Assembly: GCF_902713615.1 (NCBI RefSeq)
Contig: NC_052174.1
Location: 11,154,514-11,218,513, forward strand
Origin: Scyliorhinus canicula
Lineage: Eukaryota
Length of the DNA stretch: 64,000 bases
Reading direction: 5' to 3'
Shown one piece after another: positions 60,173 through 64,000 of the stretch. Every line of letters starts with the position of its first letter. Within the stretch, counting starts at the first letter, position 1. The notes beneath the pieces were generated by a model. The model was given only the letters and a program-made list of their open reading frames with translations, was not told the origin of the DNA and made no database searches. The translations under genes and the position numbers were made by a program.

Positions 60173-60808
60173 TGTCATGTGAGTGTACCTTTAAGAAATG
60201 GGTGTTTATAAATGGGTGTGTATATAAATATCTGTAGTGAGAGTACCTTTAAGAAATGGATGTTTATTACTGCAGTGATGTCAGAGAGTGGGTGGAGCTG
60301 GGCTGTCTGTCAGCTTTTTACTTTCGTTTTAGGCTGTTTGCTGCAGGGTGTGTTTTAGTTTCGTTTTGAGAGCTGGAGATCTGCAGTCACAGCCAGAAGG
60401 GGTATTAGAGTCTCTCTCTGAAATCTAAAGACTGTAATTCTATCCTTGGTGATTTAAAACTAATAACTGCTCTCAGTAGGGAGTTTAACCTGATGTGCTT
60501 CTGTTTAAAGGTTTTGTTTAAGTCTTATGGATGTTAAAAGGAAAGCTTAAAGGATTACTTAGTGTTGTATTCTTAGGGGGCTGTATTTGAATTGATGGTT
60601 GCTAAGATGTTCACTGTATGTTTTAAAAAGGTTAACTTGAGTTCATAGAATAAACGTTGTTTTGCTTTTAAAAAATACTTTTCCATTTCTGCTGTACCAC
60701 ACCTGTAGAGTGGGCCGTGTGCTCCCCATACCACAATCTAGTAAAAAGTTGTGGGTCAGGTGAACTCCATGATACACTTTGGGGTTCTCTAGACCCTGGC
60801 CCATAACA
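60173..60808 (+). mobile_element. Solo LTR
   Basis: TGTCATGTG...CCCATAACA, aataaa, CACA flanks, inserted in a CA microsatellite. Confidence 0.8.
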
Positions 60809-60809
60809 C

Positions 60810-62006
60810 ACAGACAAGCACACACAGACACACACACACACTCACACACAGACAGGCAAACATAGTCACACACATAGACACGGTCAGACAGACAGACACA
60901 CACACACACACATACAGACAGGCAGACATAGACACACACATGGACATGCATACATACACTCACACACAGACACACACACAGACAGGCAAACATGTGCATA
61001 CAGACACACACATACACTCATACAAAGACAGGTACACATAGACACACACACACACAGATACACACACATATACTCGCACACACAGACAGGCACACATAGA
61101 GACACACACACACACACACAGACAGACAGCCACACACAGACACATACCCAGATACACACACACACATACAGACAGGCAGACATAGANNNNNNNNNNNNNN
61201 NNNNNNNNNNNNNNNNNNNNNNNNNNNNNNNNNNNNNNNNNNNNNNNNNNNNNNNNNNNNNNNNNNNNNNNNNNNNNNNNNNNNNNNNNNNNNNNNNNNN
61301 NNNNNNNNNNNNNNNNNNNNNNNNNNNNNNNNNNNNNNNNNNNNGACACACATACACTCACACACAGAGGGTCTCACATAGACACACACAACATTCACTC
61401 GCACGCAGTTAGATGCACACACAAACACACATACTCTCACGCACAGACAGGCACACACAGACTCACACACAGACATGCACACACAGACAGACACATACAT
61501 ACAGTCACACAAAGACAGGCACGCATAGACACACACACACACACACAGACAGACACACACACACAGGCAGGCAAACATGGACATACACACAGACAGGCAC
61601 ACACAGACACACACCCAGACACACACACACACACACACATACACTCGCACACACAGACAGGCACAAATAGACACACACAGACACACACGGAGAGGCACAC
61701 ATCGACACACACACAGACACACACAGACATTCACTCACATGCAGACAGACACACATAGACACACACACAGACAGACACACATAGACACACACACAGACAG
61801 ACACACATAGGCACACACACAGACAGATACACATAGACACACACACAGACAGATACACATAGACATGGACAGCCATACACACACGTACACTCTCACACAG
61901 GCAGACACACATAGACACACATACAGACACACACACGGGCATACATAGACACACACACACACAGACACATCACACACAGACAGACACACATAGACACACA
62001 CACAGA
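60810..62006 (+). repeat. (CA)n/(CAGA)-type microsatellite field with gap
   Basis: Low-complexity CA repeats; N 61187-61344. Confidence 0.9.
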
Positions 62007-62506
62007 NNNNNNNNNNNNNNNNNNNNNNNNNNNNNNNNNNNNNNNNNNNNNNNNNNNNNNNNNNNNNNNNNNNNNNNNNNNNNNNNNNNNNNNNNNNNNN
62101 NNNNNNNNNNNNNNNNNNNNNNNNNNNNNNNNNNNNNNNNNNNNNNNNNNNNNNNNNNNNNNNNNNNNNNNNNNNNNNNNNNNNNNNNNNNNNNNNNNNN
62201 NNNNNNNNNNNNNNNNNNNNNNNNNNNNNNNNNNNNNNNNNNNNNNNNNNNNNNNNNNNNNNNNNNNNNNNNNNNNNNNNNNNNNNNNNNNNNNNNNNNN
62301 NNNNNNNNNNNNNNNNNNNNNNNNNNNNNNNNNNNNNNNNNNNNNNNNNNNNNNNNNNNNNNNNNNNNNNNNNNNNNNNNNNNNNNNNNNNNNNNNNNNN
62401 NNNNNNNNNNNNNNNNNNNNNNNNNNNNNNNNNNNNNNNNNNNNNNNNNNNNNNNNNNNNNNNNNNNNNNNNNNNNNNNNNNNNNNNNNNNNNNNNNNNN
62501 NNNNNN

Positions 62507-62528
62507 CAGCCCAGAGACCCAGAGCCAT
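62507..62528 (-). CDS. Probable start of the leader exon of the B7-like gene (MALGLWA..., runs into gap)
   Basis: ATG in strong Kozak context (gagcATGG), signal-peptide-like codons, correct strand and position upstream of the V exon. Remainder hidden in N 62007-62506. Confidence 0.5.
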
Positions 62529-64000
62529 GCTCTGCGGATCCGGGTTCGAAACCCGTCAGGGCCGGTGGTGAAATCTGAATTCGATTAAAGAAAAAATATG
62601 GGATTTAAAGTTTGAAGATGGCCATGAAACCATTTCCGATTGTCTTGTTCACTAATGTGGAAGAAAATATGTCGTCCTTAACCAGTCTGGGCTTACGTGT
62701 GTCTCGAGATCCTATAGTAACGTGATTTACCCCTAAATGCCCTCAGCGATGGGCAATAAAAGCGAGGGTGGAACGGCGACGCAGTGGTTAGCACTGCTTC
62801 CTCATGCCGCCGTGGACCGGGGTTCAATCCCGGCTCTGGGTCACCGTCCGTGTGGAGTTTGCACATTCTCCCCGTGTCTGAGTGGGTCTCGCCCCTACAA
62901 CCCAAAGGTGTGCTGGGCAGGTGGATTGGCCGCTCGAACGCTTGAAGGGTTTTGACAAGGCCACGCAACGCGGAACATCATGTTCCCAGTGCGTCAAGGG
63001 TCGGGAGATAACAGACAACGCTCGAACGCGATTGGCGAAAGGCGAAATGAGAAAAACCTTTTTTTTTAATCCAGTGTGGTGGAAATAGATTTTTTCTAGA
63101 AGAGCCTTTCGAAAGGAAATGGGGTAACTGCTTGAAAGAGTAGATGATTGCCGGGGAGGAGCATGGTTGGCGAGAGGGATTGGCCCCTGGGGTGACAGGC
63201 CTTGTCTTGTGATGGGAGGCAGAGTGAATTGGGTTTATATTCTCTGGAGGTTGGGAGAATGAGAGGCGATCTCGTTGAGACACAAAATTCCGAAAGGGTT
63301 TGGGAGGGTGAGCGCTGAGAGATTGTTCCCGCTGGTCGGGAAGTCCAATACATGGGGGTGAAAGTCTCAGGGTTAGGGAGTCGGCCATTTTGGGACCGGG
63401 ATGAGGAGAAATGTGGGCAGCACGGTAGCATGGTGGTTAGCATAAATGCTTCACAGCTCCAGGTCCCAGGTTCGATTCCCGGCTGGGTCACTGTCTGTGC
63501 GGAGTCTGCACGTCCTCCCCGTGTGTGCGTGGGTTTCCTCCGGGTGCTCCGGTTTCCTCCCACAGTCCAAAGATGTGCGGGTTAGGTGGATTGGCCATGA
63601 AAAATTGCCCGTAGTGGGGGATGTTGGGTTACGGGTATAGGGTGGATACGTGGGTTTGAGTAGGGTGATCATTGCTCGGCACAACATCGAGGGCCGAAGG
63701 GCCTGTTCTGTGCTGTACTATGTTCTATGTAAATGTCTGCACTCAAAGGGTCAATCTTTGGAATTCTCCACCCCAGAGGGTTATGACTGCCCCATCGTTG
63801 AATACATTCAATTCTTGTTGTTTCCTCCCACAGTCCAAAGACGTGCTTGTTAGGCGAATTGGACATTCTGAATTCTCCCTCCGTGTACCCGAACAGGCGC
63901 CGGAATGTGGCGACGAGGGGATTTTCACAGGAACTTCATTGCAGTGTTAAAGTAAGCCCACTTGTGACACTAATAAAAAACGATTATTATTCCGTTCTTT

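Overview
Repeat-dense vertebrate genomic DNA, almost certainly elasmobranch (shark). This rests on many tRNA-derived HE1/V-SINE-type copies, CR1, Rex1, Penelope, Gypsy and Harbinger relics, and a 69-bp minisatellite. Three host genes can be read by hand, all on the minus strand. (1) A complete four-exon single-IgV membrane receptor strongly resembling PILR: leader 33374-33416, V 30105-30473, stalk/TM 28159-28350, tail 26326-26384; 220 aa, Arg in the TM segment, no ITIM. (2) A single-IgV, B7/butyrophilin-like gene ending in a GPI-signal-like exon: probable ATG 62528, V 57946-58314, terminal coding exon 56612-56685. (3) The first coding exon of a cornifelin/PLAC8-family gene (10288-10416). The 3' end of the PILR-like gene lies in one arm of a ~5 kb inverted duplication (14265-~19150 vs ~22480-27866) with a near-identical outer stratum and a diverged inner stratum. 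A second copy of its promoter sits at 39887-40110. Both extra copies run into 500-N placeholder gaps, so this looks like a partly unassembled paired-receptor cluster. Also present: a ~2.2 kb interstitial (TTAGGG)n-like array and a Penelope element with inverted structure and two minimal hammerhead-ribozyme motifs. Most long ORFs in the supplied track are low-complexity or N-gap artefacts. All identities and counts are hand estimates, and family names come from recalled motifs, not database searches.
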